Assembly: GCF_001194135.2 (NCBI RefSeq)
Contig: NC_068983.1
Coordinates: 16,977,567 to 17,041,566, forward strand
Direction of reading: 5' to 3'
Length of the DNA stretch: 64,000 bases
Source of the DNA: Octopus bimaculoides
Taxonomy: Eukaryota
Below are positions 1 to 15,214 of this stretch, one piece after another (within the stretch, counting starts at the first letter, position 1; every line of letters starts with the position of its first letter). The notes under the pieces are model-generated. The model saw only the letters and a program-made list of their open reading frames with translations, had not been told where the DNA came from and searched no databases. The position numbers and the translations under genes were made by a program.

Positions 1-1974
1 GTAAAAACAAAAAAAACAAAACAAACCCCCCCCTCCAAAACGTGTTTTCTCAAAATATGCTACATGAAAGTCAGCTATAGAAATTTAGTCAACTAATTGC
101 AGTTGCATCTTTTTTTTTTTCTAAATATTATCTTATAACTTCTCTGTGAGGAAAGCCTTTTAAAGCTGTTTTGTTTTTTTCCCCCCTACTAAATTAGGTT
201 AATTTAAGACAGGATAACCATGGATAACCCATTTTGGCTGTAGATCAATTACGTTATATGTATTACTACAGGCCTGGCACCTGGCTGTGAATAAAAGTCG
301 TGACAGAAAATTATGAAGGAAATTCTGTGTTTATTCTAATGTTACATTATGACATAGTAGACGACAGATTTCGTTATAATATGTAAGCAAATATTAAAAT
401 AAGAATAGTAAACAAGAGCATCAGATTGAAAAGGTGAATGAACAGCCCCCTACTCCCCCCCATCTCCATATTCTACAAACCCAATACTCAACTACCCAGT
501 TGACTTGTTCAAAACTGCTGAAAGAATTCTGCTTTTCCATCTCTTTACATGCATCTGGTTTTGCTTTTCATCTAAGACATATGATATGCTTTACACGTCA
601 AGCAGTCCTCATCGTCAAGCCATGCCTACTGAATCTTGGCTGTTCTACTATCCTTACACCACCTAATTCCCATCATAATGTTGGCTTTATATTAAACTTT
701 TTATATACAGCAGTTAGTAGTTAAAAACTGTCTCTTTTTCGATGATGTAGAGGCAAAAAATAAAAGTTAAACAAGATACTGCTGTCATTGTCTTCATTGT
801 CAGTCTGATCTTAAACCTTCCTCTCATCAGAGTGTACTAGAGGAAAATAATTTATTGGTTGGATATAAACCAACGTTTACTTAGAGAAGGAGGCCTATCT
901 TGATAGCCCATCTAGCAACTCAAGTTTATTTTATTTTCAAATGGTGGCTAACTTTTGCATATTTGCCCTCCTTGTGTGGCTCTCTAATATTTTATTTTAT
1001 ACATCATATAAGTTTATCTTGGTTTTCTGCTATATTTTATATTTTTAAGAAGAGTTGAATAATAGCTGTGGTTTCAACAACTTAGGATAAGCCTAATTCA
1101 CTGGTGCAAGGTTATTAATACACTGTATTTTCTTTCTTTTTTTTTACTTAAAAAAAAAAAAAAACAGAACTTAATCAGTGTTTTTTATATTCATAAATCC
1201 ATAGCTTATAGTGTTATGAAAAATTAATAATAAAATGCGTTTTGGAAATGTCTTTTTAATGAATTTATCGAAACTATATATTCAAGTAGGTTAGTCCCAA
1301 TGTGTGTCACCTTGGGCAAATGTCTTCTACTATAATCTTGGGTTAACCAAAGCCTTGGGAGTGGATTTGGTAGATGGAAAATGAAAGAAGCCAGTTGTGC
1401 ATGCACAAACACCTCTGTGTGTCTTTGTTTTTGCCCCCCCCCCCACTCATTCACAATCAGTGTTGGTGTGTTTACATCCCAGTAACTTAGTTATTCAGCA
1501 AAAAACACTGATAGAATAAGTACCAGACTTTAAAAAAAATACAGGTGTCAATTTGTTTGACTAATATGCTTCAAGGTAGTGCCCCAGCATGTCTGCAGTC
1601 TAATGACTGAAGCAGGTAAAAGATAAAGTATTTTGTAAATATTTTTTTCACTGCTTAGACTGATTGAAATTATAAAAGTTTGTTCATGAGACACAAGATT
1701 TTCTGTTATGTTAGACTAAATATTTTATTATTCTTAAATGAATAACCATTATTGACTGAATCATTGAAGTTTACTGACATTTATTTATTCAGTCACTTGG
1801 TTGTAAAATTAATATCCACATTCCTGTTGCATATTTAAATAGTCAAAGCATGTTTATTTACAATCCACTTAGCCAAACAATCAGTAACATTCCTGTTATA
1901 TTGTGGAGCTATTAGTGTTTTGGCGACATTAATCTATTAAACACCACGCAAGAGAGATTTTGTAAATGTAGGAA

Positions 1975-2545
1975 TTGAGACTTGGATGCAATCCTCATTA
2001 TTGCCATTGGACACTAAACTCTGCTTGCGAAGACCTGTTGGGGCAAATGAAATCGAAATTGTAATTGAACCATATTCGATGACTGGCACCTGTGCCAGTG
2101 GAGCACTAACAGCACTGTCCGAACGTGATCATCGCCAGAGCAGCTGTCTGGCTTCCGTGCTAGTGGCCTGTAAATAGCACCACTTGAGCGTGATCATTAC
2201 CAGCGTCACCTTACTGGCACTTGTGCCGGTGGTACGTTAGAAAATCATTCTAGCGAGATCGTTGCCAGTGCCGCTGGACTGGCTCCTGTGCAGGTAACAT
2301 GGAAAAAACACCATTTTGAGCATGGCCATTGCTAGTACCGTGTGACTGGCCCTCGTGCCGGTGGCACGTAAAAGCACCCACTACACTCTCGGAGTGGTTG
2401 GTATTAGGAAGGGCATCCGGCTGTAGAAACTCTGCCAGATCATATTGGAGCCTGGTGCAGCCATCCGGTTCACTAGTCTTCAGTCAAATCGTCCAACCCA
2501 TGCTAGCATGGAAAGCGGACGTTAAACAATGATGATGATGATGAT
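1975..2545 (+). mobile_element. LINE-3'-end-derived repeat (family B, GAT tail)
   Basis: High similarity to 46040-46790, 55320-55740 (-) and 58930-59430 (-). Confidence 0.7.
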
Positions 2546-2964
2546 CATTGTTATTTTAACATCTATTTTTCCATGTATGCAGAGGTTGGATGGAAACCAT
2601 TGATGGATATTTTTCTCTGACTGGGTGCTCTTTCTGCTTCTTATCCACACTAAGCAAAATAATATTTTCCAATGGCCAGACAGGTTTTCAAGGGAGAGGG
2701 GAAATGAAATAACATTACTTGTATAATGGTGTATTTGGTGACTTGATCTGAAATAGTGTGTTGAAATAGGTATAATCACATTTTTGAAGACTGTTAAAAG
2801 TGTCACAGTTATATCTTGTATGAGATACGGTACACTCAAAGCCTCATTGAAGTGCTTTCAGATTAACCCAAGCACCGGGGAAATGCTGGTACAGAATTAC
2901 ACTGCCTGGCATAGCTGCACCAACAGTGGTACAACCTCCTATAACTAGAATAGGATCACAGTAG

Positions 2965-2995
<31 letters not shown>

Positions 2996-5190
2996 ACGCA
3001 CACGCACACGCACACGCACACACACACACACCTATCTCTTTGTCTTCATTCCTAGCAGACTACTAGTGACTGGTATATGGCAAAACCTTCTGAGCATGCA
3101 CTAGCCTGATTGGTTACAGCCAGATCTTTCATGGACCATTTTCTTTTCTCATGTGATGTCTTTGTCATCATCAACAACGATGGACGAACATTATTATACT
3201 GCTATATTACAATAACTACTTAAAGGAGGTATTATTACTGCCAGGCTCAGGTTAAGAAGTTTGCTTTCCAATCTTGAGCAAGTGTCTTCCACTATAGTTC
3301 CTGGCTGACCAAAGCCTTGTAAATGGATTTGCTTGGTTGAAGCTGAAAGAAGTTCATCTTTGTGTGTGCGTGGGTGTGTGCATGTATACACTCCTGTCAT
3401 GACTTTATGCAATGGTTAGGGCATCGCAGTTATACCAGTAATGTTGTTTGTTTCCATTCTTCCTTGGAAAATATTTGGCTATGGGAAATATTACCTTGCA
3501 TAGAAACAAGTGGGGGTTGGTAACAGGAAGTGCTTTCAGCCATAGAAAATCTGCCTCAGCAAATTCCACCTGACTTCTGGAAGCATGGAATAGTAAATGA
3601 TAAATGATGATTTTAAACCATAAGGTGTTAAATGAGATACAGAGGAAATGTGTTAGAGAATAGGTTGGAGATGTGCAACAAAATCATTTAACACTATTAC
3701 AGTATAAGACGAAAGTGAATATAATGGTTTTATATGTTATATGACATCCTGTATAGATGTGGTATGACCCAATAGTTAAGAAGTTCACGTTGTTAACACA
3801 AACTTTTCTATTCAATGCTACTGAGTGGTATCTTGGAGATGGTTTGACAGGAGCTGGCCAGGTAGAAGACTACATCAAACTTCTGTGTCTGTTTCAGCAT
3901 GGTTTTTATTGCTGGATGCTAATCCAAATAACAACCACCCTGTAGAGTGGACTGAGTGCTTTTTACGTGGCACCAGCACTAGCAGGGTCACAAAGTAACT
4001 TGCAAGACAAGGAATTTTTGAGAGAGGAGGGGGCATTAGAGGAAATCATCTTGTGTCAGATGATGAAAGATTAGAGTGTGACAGAGGTACCTAGGATAAA
4101 ATTGGATCGGTGGAAACTGTAAAGAAATCCACCAGGTGGATTCTATATGTAATTCCAAAGGTAAAGGTTTGTTACATTGTGTCATGTTGATTCTGCCTAA
4201 GAGTTACATTAAGGTGTATATGTCTGTGAATTGCTCGCTGCTTGTATGTTAAACCCAGCAGCAGATGATTCAGTTGATTGGACTGAATTCTCATTGTTGA
4301 ACAATAGAGATCCTTCTCTGTCACCATCACCTCCCACCACTGCCCTCTACAATGTAGGTGTAAGCATGGCTGTGTAGTAAAAAAAACAAAAAACAAAAAA
4401 TTGCCAGTAACTATGTGGCTTTAAATTTGTTCTTACAATGTGGAACTATAAGCCAGTACCTTCTGTCACAGTTTCATGTTGACCAAATCTTTGTGAATGA
4501 AATTTGGTAGACTGAAACTGTATGGAAACTCATTGAAAGAACTGCTTCTGTTTTTTGGTGGTAAACTTATTCATTTCCCAGTTTAACTCAACCACCTTGA
4601 CCCATGGGTTACTTTAGTGTAGTCCACTCTATTGAAAGCATTTGATCCAGGACTTTGGTTTGAGGATTAACTTGCTCTTACCAGTCATAGTTTGTTTCCC
4701 CCCTCCCACTGGCTCATATAAAAAAATGCCTTGCACTACCTGTCACGTTTGATATTTTATCATTTTTGAAGATCTGTAAAATCTACAGAAAATTTAATGT
4801 GTTGATTTTGCTCTGTTGTTTGTCTGTCTCTCTGCCTCATCTTGAATGATAATTATGTAGATAACAGATATCGTGTCATATAAGAAAGAGAATTGATTTC
4901 AATGGCTAATTAAATCGATTAATTGGTATACAGATTAAATTATTACCCCAAAATTTGTTGATGTAAAATTTCTATAACATTTTTGTTTTTCTCTAAATTT
5001 CTAGTTTTGAAATGATTAAAATTTTTTTCTTTTTTTAAAGATCTTTAAACATATTACATATTTAAAGTTGACAATGAAGATTTCTACATGTGCGTGTACA
5101 CAAACAGACACACACACACACCTTTAAATTTTCCTTTCAAAATGAGCTTTGTATTATTCATCTCAAAATATGCTCTGTTTTATTTTGTAG

Positions 5191-5323
5191 TGAACCATAC
5201 TGATACTATGGACATTGATGGCACCCTGGAAATTCCCAGCAGTAAAGCTACTGTATTAAGGGGACATGAATCAGAGGTGTTCATATGTGCATGGAACCCT
5301 ACAAATGACCTGTTAGCCTCTGG
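5191..5323 (+). CDS. TBL1XR1: TBL1 exon
   Basis: ttttgtag acceptor, gtaagt donor; [44 protein letters not shown]. Confidence 0.93.
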
Positions 5324-6181
5324 GTAAGTACCCTAAACCAGAATTATTTTTTTTTGTTACATAATTACACACACACACAGTGGCAGTAACTTGATTCTGA
5401 ACAATGCCGTCCCTTGAGTGTTTTTTTTAAAGCAGCATAAATGTGGTATTTCAGTCCTGTCTGGGACCTACATGTCTTTTGCACTGATGTGGCAAGTAAG
5501 AAACAACTCGTACACTTTACATCATGGAATTTCTCATTGGATGTTTTGCCTTTTTCAACCGGCCATTACCAGCCATAGTATGCACTACATAATGGAGATG
5601 TTAAAAATCAAGTGATGCCTGTACTTGACGCTTTTTAATGTAAGGAAAGGCCTTGCTGAGAATCAATCCCACTTTCTAAATAGTTACTATATGATCATTT
5701 GCCTCCAAAATAACAACTTTTCTAAATCATTGGATGTAAACAAAGTTACAGGTATCATGGCAGCTTTCCTTCTGCTAGAGAAATGCCTCAACAAAATCTA
5801 GAGATCATGTGTGTGCGTGCGTGCGTGCGTGTGCATGAAGGGGTGCAGAAAAGCTCCTTGTGAAAGGCCTGCTTGGAGGCCCAACCATGTGAGTTCTTTT
5901 ACAGGGCTCACAAAAAATGGACTGCTGCAATAAGTGTGTGACTCAGAGAGGGGAATATGTTGGATAAAATCATAATTGATTGTCCTGTATTTGCTTTTTA
6001 CCCAAAGCCAGGAACTNNNNNNNNNNNNNNNNNNNNNNNNNNNNNNNNNNNNNNNNNNNNNNNNNNNNNNNNNNNNNNNNNNNNNNNNNNNNNNNNNNNN
6101 NNNNNNNNNNNNNNNNNNNNNNNNNNNNNNNNNNNNNNNNNNNNNNNNNNNNNNNNNNNNNNNNNNNNNNNNNNNNNNNNN

Positions 6182-6236
<55 letters not shown>

Positions 6237-9200
6237 ATTTCACTTCAGTATTGCAATAGGGCCATTAATGTTATGAATGTCGCAGGAGAAGCGAGGCAAT
6301 GATAATGAAATGTCATTAATTTGTAACTGCTAGAAGCTTAGAAGCTTCCACCAGTAGTTCCATAATTAAAAACGTTTCAGTTGTGATATAATCCTGTCTG
6401 TTTTTGGGACACACTGCATCTAGGATTATATTTTCATTGTATCCTTTTCCCTTTTTTTGCCGTTTTTAAAGATGAGATTTATTGCTATTTCTATCCGATG
6501 AGATGAACACAGGGCAAAAGTGGCTAAAACTGCATATAGCCCTGGAAGTTACTGTGAGACTCCAAAAATAATAGTGGCTTTCAGTGCCACTATTAAAACA
6601 TTATATTGTGTGTGTGTGTACGTGTGTGTGTGTGAGAGAGAGAGAGTGCAACATTCTTAGACATGCTCTTTGGAGACCTTCTCAGAAGCAACCACCAGTA
6701 ATATTCCAGCTGGATATTAAGCAAGACCTATTGAGGCTATGGATATTATTCAACCATTTCACTATAAGTCAACTTTTAAGTCTCCTGCAGGTTGGTCTTA
6801 CCAGTAAAATCTGTCCTGCAATTTTTTCTCAAACATTCTAAACACATGTCTGCAGTACTATAGTTGTCACCTCTCGATGCAGAGAAGTAGTAATTCAATG
6901 ATTTGCTTTGAATAATTTCTGTATGCCAAATAGAACTGAATTTACAGATAATTGATAGTTATGAGAAATAAAGAAGAAAAATACACCACTTAGTGCAATC
7001 ATATATAAGTTAAATGTAATTTGTTTTACTTTTTAATTTACTTAATAAAATGTTTAGATTAAGAAGTGGGTAAGTTCCCTCTTTCCCCTGTTTCTGTATC
7101 CTGATAACAAAGGAATTTGGCTGTTGTTTCTATCTGTTCAAATGACTGCATAGTGGTTCAGTTAACATTTTATTTATTGCTGAGGCTGGAGGGAGAGCAG
7201 TGGCCATGCCCTTTTCAGGGCCTCTGAGATTGGAAGGAGGGTGAGAGGAATGAGGTATCCTTAACCTGGAGACCTGGCCCAGATGTTTGGAACAGGGTAA
7301 ACTCTGCTTAGGGCTTCGAAGGTGTCAGGTAGTAGTGGTGTTGAACTAAGCAAAGTAGATCACAATGAATATTTTTTTTCCCTCCTAGTTACGAGGGAAG
7401 GCAATTCCCATAACCTTTTTATGAGCCTCTAAGTCTGGTGGGAGGACAGGAAGGATATATCTTCAAACTGGTGGCCTAGCCTGAATGCTTGCTACAAAGC
7501 AGTTTCTGCTAAAGGTGCATGCATGTGCATGCACATACACGCATCATTCTGATGTAGCACAATGTTAGTGATGTGAAGCAATAATTTTTCAACTTAGAAA
7601 TATAGGAGTGGGTATGTGGTAAGTAGGTGTAGCATGGCTGTGTGGTAAATAGCTTGCTTAGTCCCACTGCATGGCACCTTGGGCAATGTCTTCTATAGCC
7701 TCAGGTTGACCGAAGCCTTGTGAGTGGATTTGAAACTGAAAGAAGCCCATTATATATGTGTGTGTGTGTGTGTGTGTGTTTGTGCTTGTGTGTATTTCTA
7801 ATTAAAAAAAAATATAAGATGTTGCTTTTTAAAGTGAAAAACTAGAATATTTGTGTTTCTTATTAAACAACTTTGCTGTTACCAATATGGAAGCATCCTT
7901 ACCTCAAAACTATATTTGTTTAATGCATATGTCAGAAGCAATATTATTTAACAAATACTTGTTCATTTTTATGAAAGTAGAATTTAATCTTGTGAGTGTT
8001 TGACCTAAAAATTAGTTATCTTATTTTCCTTTAATTCAACCAGAGTTGGTCATTAATTTAGGAAGTAGAATTTAGTAAACATTTATAAGACTAAAACAAA
8101 ACATTTTTGCCTTAGTAATTCTGATGTGTTGTGTTTCTTTAAAATACAAAATTTCTGTTCACAGTTCAGGAGATTCAACTGCTCGGATATGGAATATGAA
8201 TGATAACAGCAATAATGCTAACCAGTTGGTTCTTCGTCATTGTATACAGAAAGGGGGAACAGAAGTTCCTAGTAATAAAGATGTTACTTCTCTTGACTGG
8301 AATGTAAGTTTTTTTTTTTTTCCTTCTTTAAAACTTTCTGTGTCTAATTCTAAGTATAAAACTGCACTCCCACCCTTGTTCATCACTCACTACATTAACC
8401 CTCTATCTCCACCTGTTTCTTCCCCTTCCTCACACTCTTATGAAAGTATCCACATGCTTTCTCATCCTTTCCCATGACCCACTGTCCATGTCCTCTCTTA
8501 TGCTCACCTTCTTGCTCCTTTAGAGTTTGCTCTAGCATCCCATCACTACCATCCTGTTATCTCCTTCAGCCATGTTATCTCCTCTACAGCAAGACACCTG
8601 TGATTGTCCTTCTATCATCATACTTTTAACCTTCTAACAACTGACATACAGCCACCCACCTCCACCTTCCCTTTTCAAATAGTTCCTCTTGGTAGTGGGA
8701 GCTTTTTCATTTCCCTTTTCTCTGTTCTTTTCTGGTGGCATGAAAAAAGGGAATCAGTACACTCTGTAAAGTGGTCGGGATTAGGAAGGGCATCCAGCCA
8801 TAGAAACCATGCCAAAGAGGACATTGGAACTCAACACAACTCTGCAACTCACTGGTTCCTTGATAAACTATGCTACTTATACTGATATGGAAAATGGATG
8901 TTAAATGATGATGAAAATAAATTCTTTCTTTAATTAATGTTAGTAGATTTGTTCTGAAATGACTCCTCAAATTTTTTGCTGCAACTTGATCAAAATTGAG
9001 GTGCAAATTCAAAATCATCTCAGAATAATGTATAGAGGGAAAAAATGAGCTTGATGGTTCTTCTGGAACAGCATCTGTATATTTTGTCACATACTTACTG
9101 AACCAGATACATGCACATAGTGATGCACCTTTGTGTTCAATAAGTTGCCAACATGACAACAACAGTTGTTGATCAACATCATTATATCTTTTATCTTTTA

Positions 9201-9934
9201 CTTGTTTCAGTCATTAGACTGCGGCCATGCTGGGGCACCGCCTGGAAGAATTTTTAGTCAAACGCATTGACCCCAGAACTTATTTTCTTTTTAAAGCTTG
9301 GTACTTATTCTATTGTCTCTTTGTTGAACTGCTAAGTTATGGGGATGTAAACAGACCAGTACCAGTTGTCAAGCAGTGGCAGTGGGACACAGACACACAC
9401 ACACATGATAGGCTTCTTTCAGTCTCCATCTACCAAGTCCATTCACAAGGCTTTGGTTGGCACAAGGTTATAGTAGACACGTGTCCAAGATGCCATGCAG
9501 TGGAACTGAACCTAAGACCATATGATTGAGAAGCAAGCTTCTTAACACACAGCCATGCCTGCTTTTATATATAAATATTTAAGGTGGTGAGGTAGCAGAT
9601 TCATTAGCACATCAGTCAAAATTCTTAGCAGCATTTCTTCCAGCTCCTTATGTTCTGAGTTCAAATCCTGCTGAGGTCAGTTTTGCCTTTCATCTTTTCA
9701 GGGTTGATAAATTAAGGTAACAGTCAAATACTGGGTTGACATTATTGACTCGTCCCTTCCCTTCAAAGTTGTTGGCCTTGTGCTGAAATTAGAAAGAATT
9801 AGATGTAAACAGTCTTTTGAATTCTATTTCCAACGACTGTTCCATTATGTATAAGATCTCTTTTTTCTAACACTGCTTCTTGAGAAACCATTATCTATAA
9901 ACTTCTTATAAATGACTTTGGTTGCTCTTAGCAA

Positions 9935-9987
<53 letters not shown>

Positions 9988-12900
9988 AAAGGTTTCTTTG
10001 GCAATTTTAATTTCATATTTAGAAGAATTTGTAATTTTGTAATGTTCAATTAATATAAGAAAATATAAAGAAGCTTTTCAAAAATACAGTTAGCTAGTTG
10101 AGACTATTTTTTTAATAATTTTTCATAACCATAATTATCATAAAAAAATGTTTTTGGTTTAATTTATGATTCTTATAATTATTACTAACAAGTTAGTTGG
10201 TATGAGGAGTTTTTAAAAAGGTAGATTAAATGTCATTGTATTTATTGCAGTGTGATGGTACGCTCTTAGCGACAGGATCCTATGATGGCTTTGCTAGAAT
10301 ATGGAGTACTGATGGTAAGGAAGCTGATTTTGGAAAGGCTTTTTACTGTTTTTTCTTTATTTTCATATTATTTTTTAATGCTAATGATGTAATCTTAAAG
10401 TAAAAAATGTGCTAGATAGGCCAACTATCTACTTTTTTTTTCCCATCACTTTTATCTTGTATTTTTATTTAATTATTGCAGGCCAACTGGTAAATACACT
10501 TGGTCAACATAAAGGACCCATATTTGCTCTGAAATGGAATAAACGAGGAAATTATATTCTTAGTGCTGGTGTGGATAAGGTAAGACTTCTGGTCTTTTGA
10601 ATTAAAAAAAATTTTTTAAATCAAAACATAGAAATTTTTAATTTTCTAATTGTGACTTGACATAGTTTTAGTTAAATTCATGACTCATTGTCAGAGAACT
10701 GTTGATTTTGAAGAACATTCCATTTTTAAACTTTCATAACAATATTTTAAAATACAAAACTACCTATGTGTCATATTTAATTTTGAAAATAATTGAGCAT
10801 TTAAAGTTAGGTATATATCTTCACTAAAATATATATTTTCATCAGTTGATTGGTATATTANNNNNNNNNNNNNNNNNNNNNNNNNNNNNNNNNNNNNNNN
10901 NNNNNNNNNNNNNNNNNNNNNNNNNNNNNNNNNNNNNNNNNNNNNNNNNNNNNNNNNNNNNNNNNNNNNNNNNNNNNNNNNNNNNNNNNNNNNNNNNNNN
11001 NNNNNNNNNNNNNNNNNNNNNNNNNNNNNNNNNNNNNNNNNNNNNNNNNNNNNNNNNNNNNNNNNNNNNNNNNNNNNNNNNNNNNNNNNNNNNNNNNNNN
11101 NNNNAGTTGCTGGCCTTATGCTAGAATTTCAAGAAATAAAGGCAGTGGGCTAGCAGAATTGTTAATGTGTTGGGCAAAATGCTTATTGACATTTCTTCTA
11201 GCTCTTCATGTTTTGAGTTCAGTTACTGGCCTCATGTCAAAATTTGAAAGAATAAGATATGTTTGGGACACAGAGAGATTGTTTGTATTAAAGGACCAAA
11301 ATCAGTCTCAGGAAGTTAGTACATCAATGGTTGATATGAAATAACAAAAATCACAAATCAATGTGTTGCCTCAGCATGGCTGCATTCTAATAACTGGAAC
11401 AGCTAAGAAGGTAAATCTGAATGTGCTTCTGCAAGCTCACTGCTATTACAAATGAAGTACATAATTCTACAACTAGGAACCTGTGTTGTTCGTTGAGGTA
11501 AAAATAAGCTGTATAGAATGTTTCTTTTTTATTTATCAGGACATCTTGTTTTTGGTTCATTTCTCATTTAATGACCACTTTTCCATACTGGCAAGAATTG
11601 AACAATATTTCTTGACGTGGTGTTCTGATACTCTTCCGGATGCCAATCATAACTTGTATCTAACTTTATTTATTGTGAGTGTTATGGCACCCAAAAAGAA
11701 AAACCCCATGTAAAATGAATCAGTAATAAATGATTAATAGTGCATTAGGAAAAGTAGGTTTTGTTCTGAGACTCCCAGTTGTTCTGAGCATTGTAGATGG
11801 TCACCAAGGCAACTATCTATTTTTCAAGCAAGGTACATCTATCCTCGTTTATCATGGTTGTTTAGTTTAAAAAAAACCCAAAAAACAAAAGAAAACAAAA
11901 AAACTGTTAAATGAATCGATGATAAAGGATTAATAGAACATACGAAAAATATACGTTTTCATTCTGAGATCCCCAGTTCTCCTGAGGATTGTGGATGACC
12001 AGTGGGGCAACTACCTGTGTAGTTATAAACCAGGTGACAGTGAAAGATGTCTCTGCCCACTAAGGTTCAAATCCTGCTTTTGTCAACTTTTCATTCTTTT
12101 GAGGTTGATGAAATAATAATAATCCAAGGTGGTGAATTGTCAAACTGGATTGTTTGCTGTAGTTGATTTTGCTCTTTGTGTTCTGTGTTCAAATCCCACC
12201 ATGGCCTATTTGGTTGGTAGACTTAATCCAGCTCTCAGTTTAACACCACTACAAGTACCTTGGGTGTTTTGAATCCACTCTATTACATGCATTCACTTGA
12301 ATCATTTCTCTGGTTAGAGGATACATCCTCCCCCTCTTCATCCCATTAATCTCAGACACTCACTAAAGTGACAGGGACACTGCTTTTCCTCATGACAAAA
12401 AGGTAAAGAAAAGTAAAAAAAAAAAGTTAATTTTTCTTGTATGTTGTTGTTGTTATGACCTAATCTTTATAAATTTTTCTTTTCTTCAAGACAACAATTA
12501 TATGGGATGCCAGTTCAGGACACTGTACACAACAATTTGCATTTCACTCTGGTAAGTGCAAATATTTTCATTTACATTTTGCATACCACCCATCTGTAAA
12601 TGACAAAAAAGATTTCATTCTGTGCACTTATTTTCTACTCTCTTTCTCTCATTGAGCAAATCTTCATTCAAAAGCATTCCTCTTGTGATCATCCACCTTT
12701 TTTTAAAAAAATATATTTATGCTTAGTTTGTCGAATATGCTCTTGTTTTAAGATGGCTGTGAGGTGAGGATGGTTAGGTTCTCTCCTCTGTGTGTAACCC
12801 TGGGCAAGTGTTTTCTATTATAGCCTTGGACTAACCACTACCTTGGTATGTTATTCAGTGGATGGAAACAGTACAGAAACTCATGGTGTGTGTGTGCGTG

Positions 12901-15121
12901 TTATCTCCACATCTGCTTGTAGTGACACCATTTCAGCAGTGATATGTTTATATCTCTCATATACAAAGCATCCAGTTGTGATTCATTGTGCAAAAGCATT
13001 AAAAAAAAAAAAAAACAACCCAAAGCAAGCATGTTAATCTTTAGAATACTGATTCAAGTAGTCTACAAAGCCATACCAATATAGAAGATTGAACATAAAA
13101 AATGATGTTGGGTGTGATTTGAACAAGAATTATCTGATATTTCTAGGGAGTCAAATAACCATGTAGAGCTCCCCTCATCGATGAGCATGTCTTGAGATAT
13201 GTGTGTGTGAGTGAGAGAGAGAGAGAGAGAGTTGTTCTAGTAATTCCAAAAGTAAAACTGCTTGGTATGTTGTTATGAATGTTTAAATATAAACCCATAT
13301 CTCTTTTACATTTTAAAGAAACGTTTTAATTTCTATAACTGTATTTATGTTTATTTCATTATGATATTAATTTGATTTCTATAATGCTACATTATGTTAA
13401 ATTGACTTCTATGGTAACTACATTGCATTAATTCATGCTGAACTGTTTCCCCCGCTCTTCTTCAGCTCCTGCGCTGGACGTTGACTGGCAGAGTAACACA
13501 AGTTTTGCTTCCTGTTCAACTGATCAGTGTATACATGTTTGTAAATTAGGTGTGGAAAAACCAATAAAAACATTCCAAGGCCATACAGTGAGTAGTTTGT
13601 TGTTGTTGTTGTTGTTGAGCTTCAGATCAGTGTTAACTGAATAGAAATTGGATCATTGGACATTCCAACGATAACCTGTGTGTGCATGTCCCCTCTGTCT
13701 GTCATTAATGACCATAGACGAAGGTTCTAGTTGTCTGCTTCACTGGTACAGAATTTCAGTGTCATTGTTAGCTTTTGAATTTCTGATTTCACTTCCCCAG
13801 AATTTTATTTGAGTAATAAAACAGACTTCTTTTATTGATTTTTCTTTTTTTCTTCTTGGAAATAAATCCCAGTACAGTAATAATACAATAATTTTTAGAA
13901 TATTAGTTCTCCTGTCGGTTAATTATTTTGCACCTAAAATATGTTATTTTTAAATGTTATATTGTTGATATATGACATATTGTAGTATATCATCTGATTC
14001 TCCATGGCAGGCTAGGATTAAATTGGATTAATGAACAGGAATCAAAAATACATGCGTTTTTAAATAACTTCAATTTTGTGATTTCAGAATGAAGTAAATG
14101 CAATCAAATGGGACCCACAAGGTTTACTCCTGGCATCTTGTTCAGATGATATGACATTAAAGGTAAGTCATTGCCATCATTTCAAAGGTTTTAAACTTGT
14201 ATAGTAATAAAGAGTAACGACCTCTTTTGGTCATGAATGACCATGAGATTGCACCTAGAAAGTTCCCTTCTGAGGCACAAGTCCAGGCAAGGTTGTTTAT
14301 GGAAGACCAGCAGTTTCTCATTCATACCAGCCTCCTCTATCCATTGTTATCCAAGGGAAAAACAAAAAGCTGATACAACTTGGCACCAGTGACATCATGA
14401 CTCATTTCTGCTGCTGAGTGAACTGGAACAACATGAAATAAAGTGTCTTGCTCAAGAACACTATACACAGCCTGAACCAGGAATCAAACTCACTACCTCA
14501 TGACTGTGAGCCTGATGCTCTAACCACTGAACCATTCCCCTTTGCCCTTTACCNNNNNNNNNNNNNNNNNNNNNNNNNNNNNNNNNNNNNNNNNNNNNNN
14601 NNNNNNNNNNNNNNNNNNNNNNNNNNNNNNNNNNNNNNNNNNNNNNNNNNNNNNNNNNNNNNNNNNNNNNNNNNNNNNNNNNNNNNNNNNNNNNNNNNNN
14701 NNNNNNNNNNNNNNNNNNNNNNNNNNNNNNNNNNNNNNNNNNNNNNNNNNNNNNNNNNNNNNNNNNNNNNNNNNNNNNNNNNNNNNNNNNNNNNNNNNNN
14801 NNNNNNNNNNNNNNNNNNNNNNNNNNNNNNNNNNNNNNNNNNNNNNNNNNNNNNNNNNNNNNNNNNNNNNNNNNNNNNNNNNNNNNNNNNNNNNNNNNNN
14901 NNNNNNNNNNNNNNNNNNNNNNNNNNNNNNNNNNNNNNNNNNNNNNNNNNNNNNNNNNNNNNNNNNNNNNNNNNNNNNNNNNNNNNNNNNNNNNNNNNNN
15001 NNNNNNNNNNNNNNNNNNNNNNNNNNNNNNNNNNNNNNNNNNNNNNNNNNNNNNNNNNNNNNNNNNNNNNNNNNNNNNNNNNNNNNNNNNNNNNNNNNNN
15101 NNNNNNNNNNNNNNNNNNNNN

Positions 15122-15156
<35 letters not shown>

Positions 15157-15171
15157 TATATATATATATAC

Positions 15172-15214
<43 letters not shown>

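Noticed and set aside
1-5190. Search for upstream TBL1 (LisH / F-box-like) exons
   Set aside because: No segment with LisH-like translation and splice sites was found. The region appears intronic, so those exons are presumably upstream of the window.
5957-6302. Long ORFs of X and YIYI/ICIC type in the supplied track (also 10846-11344, 14448-15387, 24686-25365, 31496-31706, 42780-43019, 57350-57824)
   Set aside because: They are produced by N-gaps and dinucleotide microsatellites, not by coding sequence.
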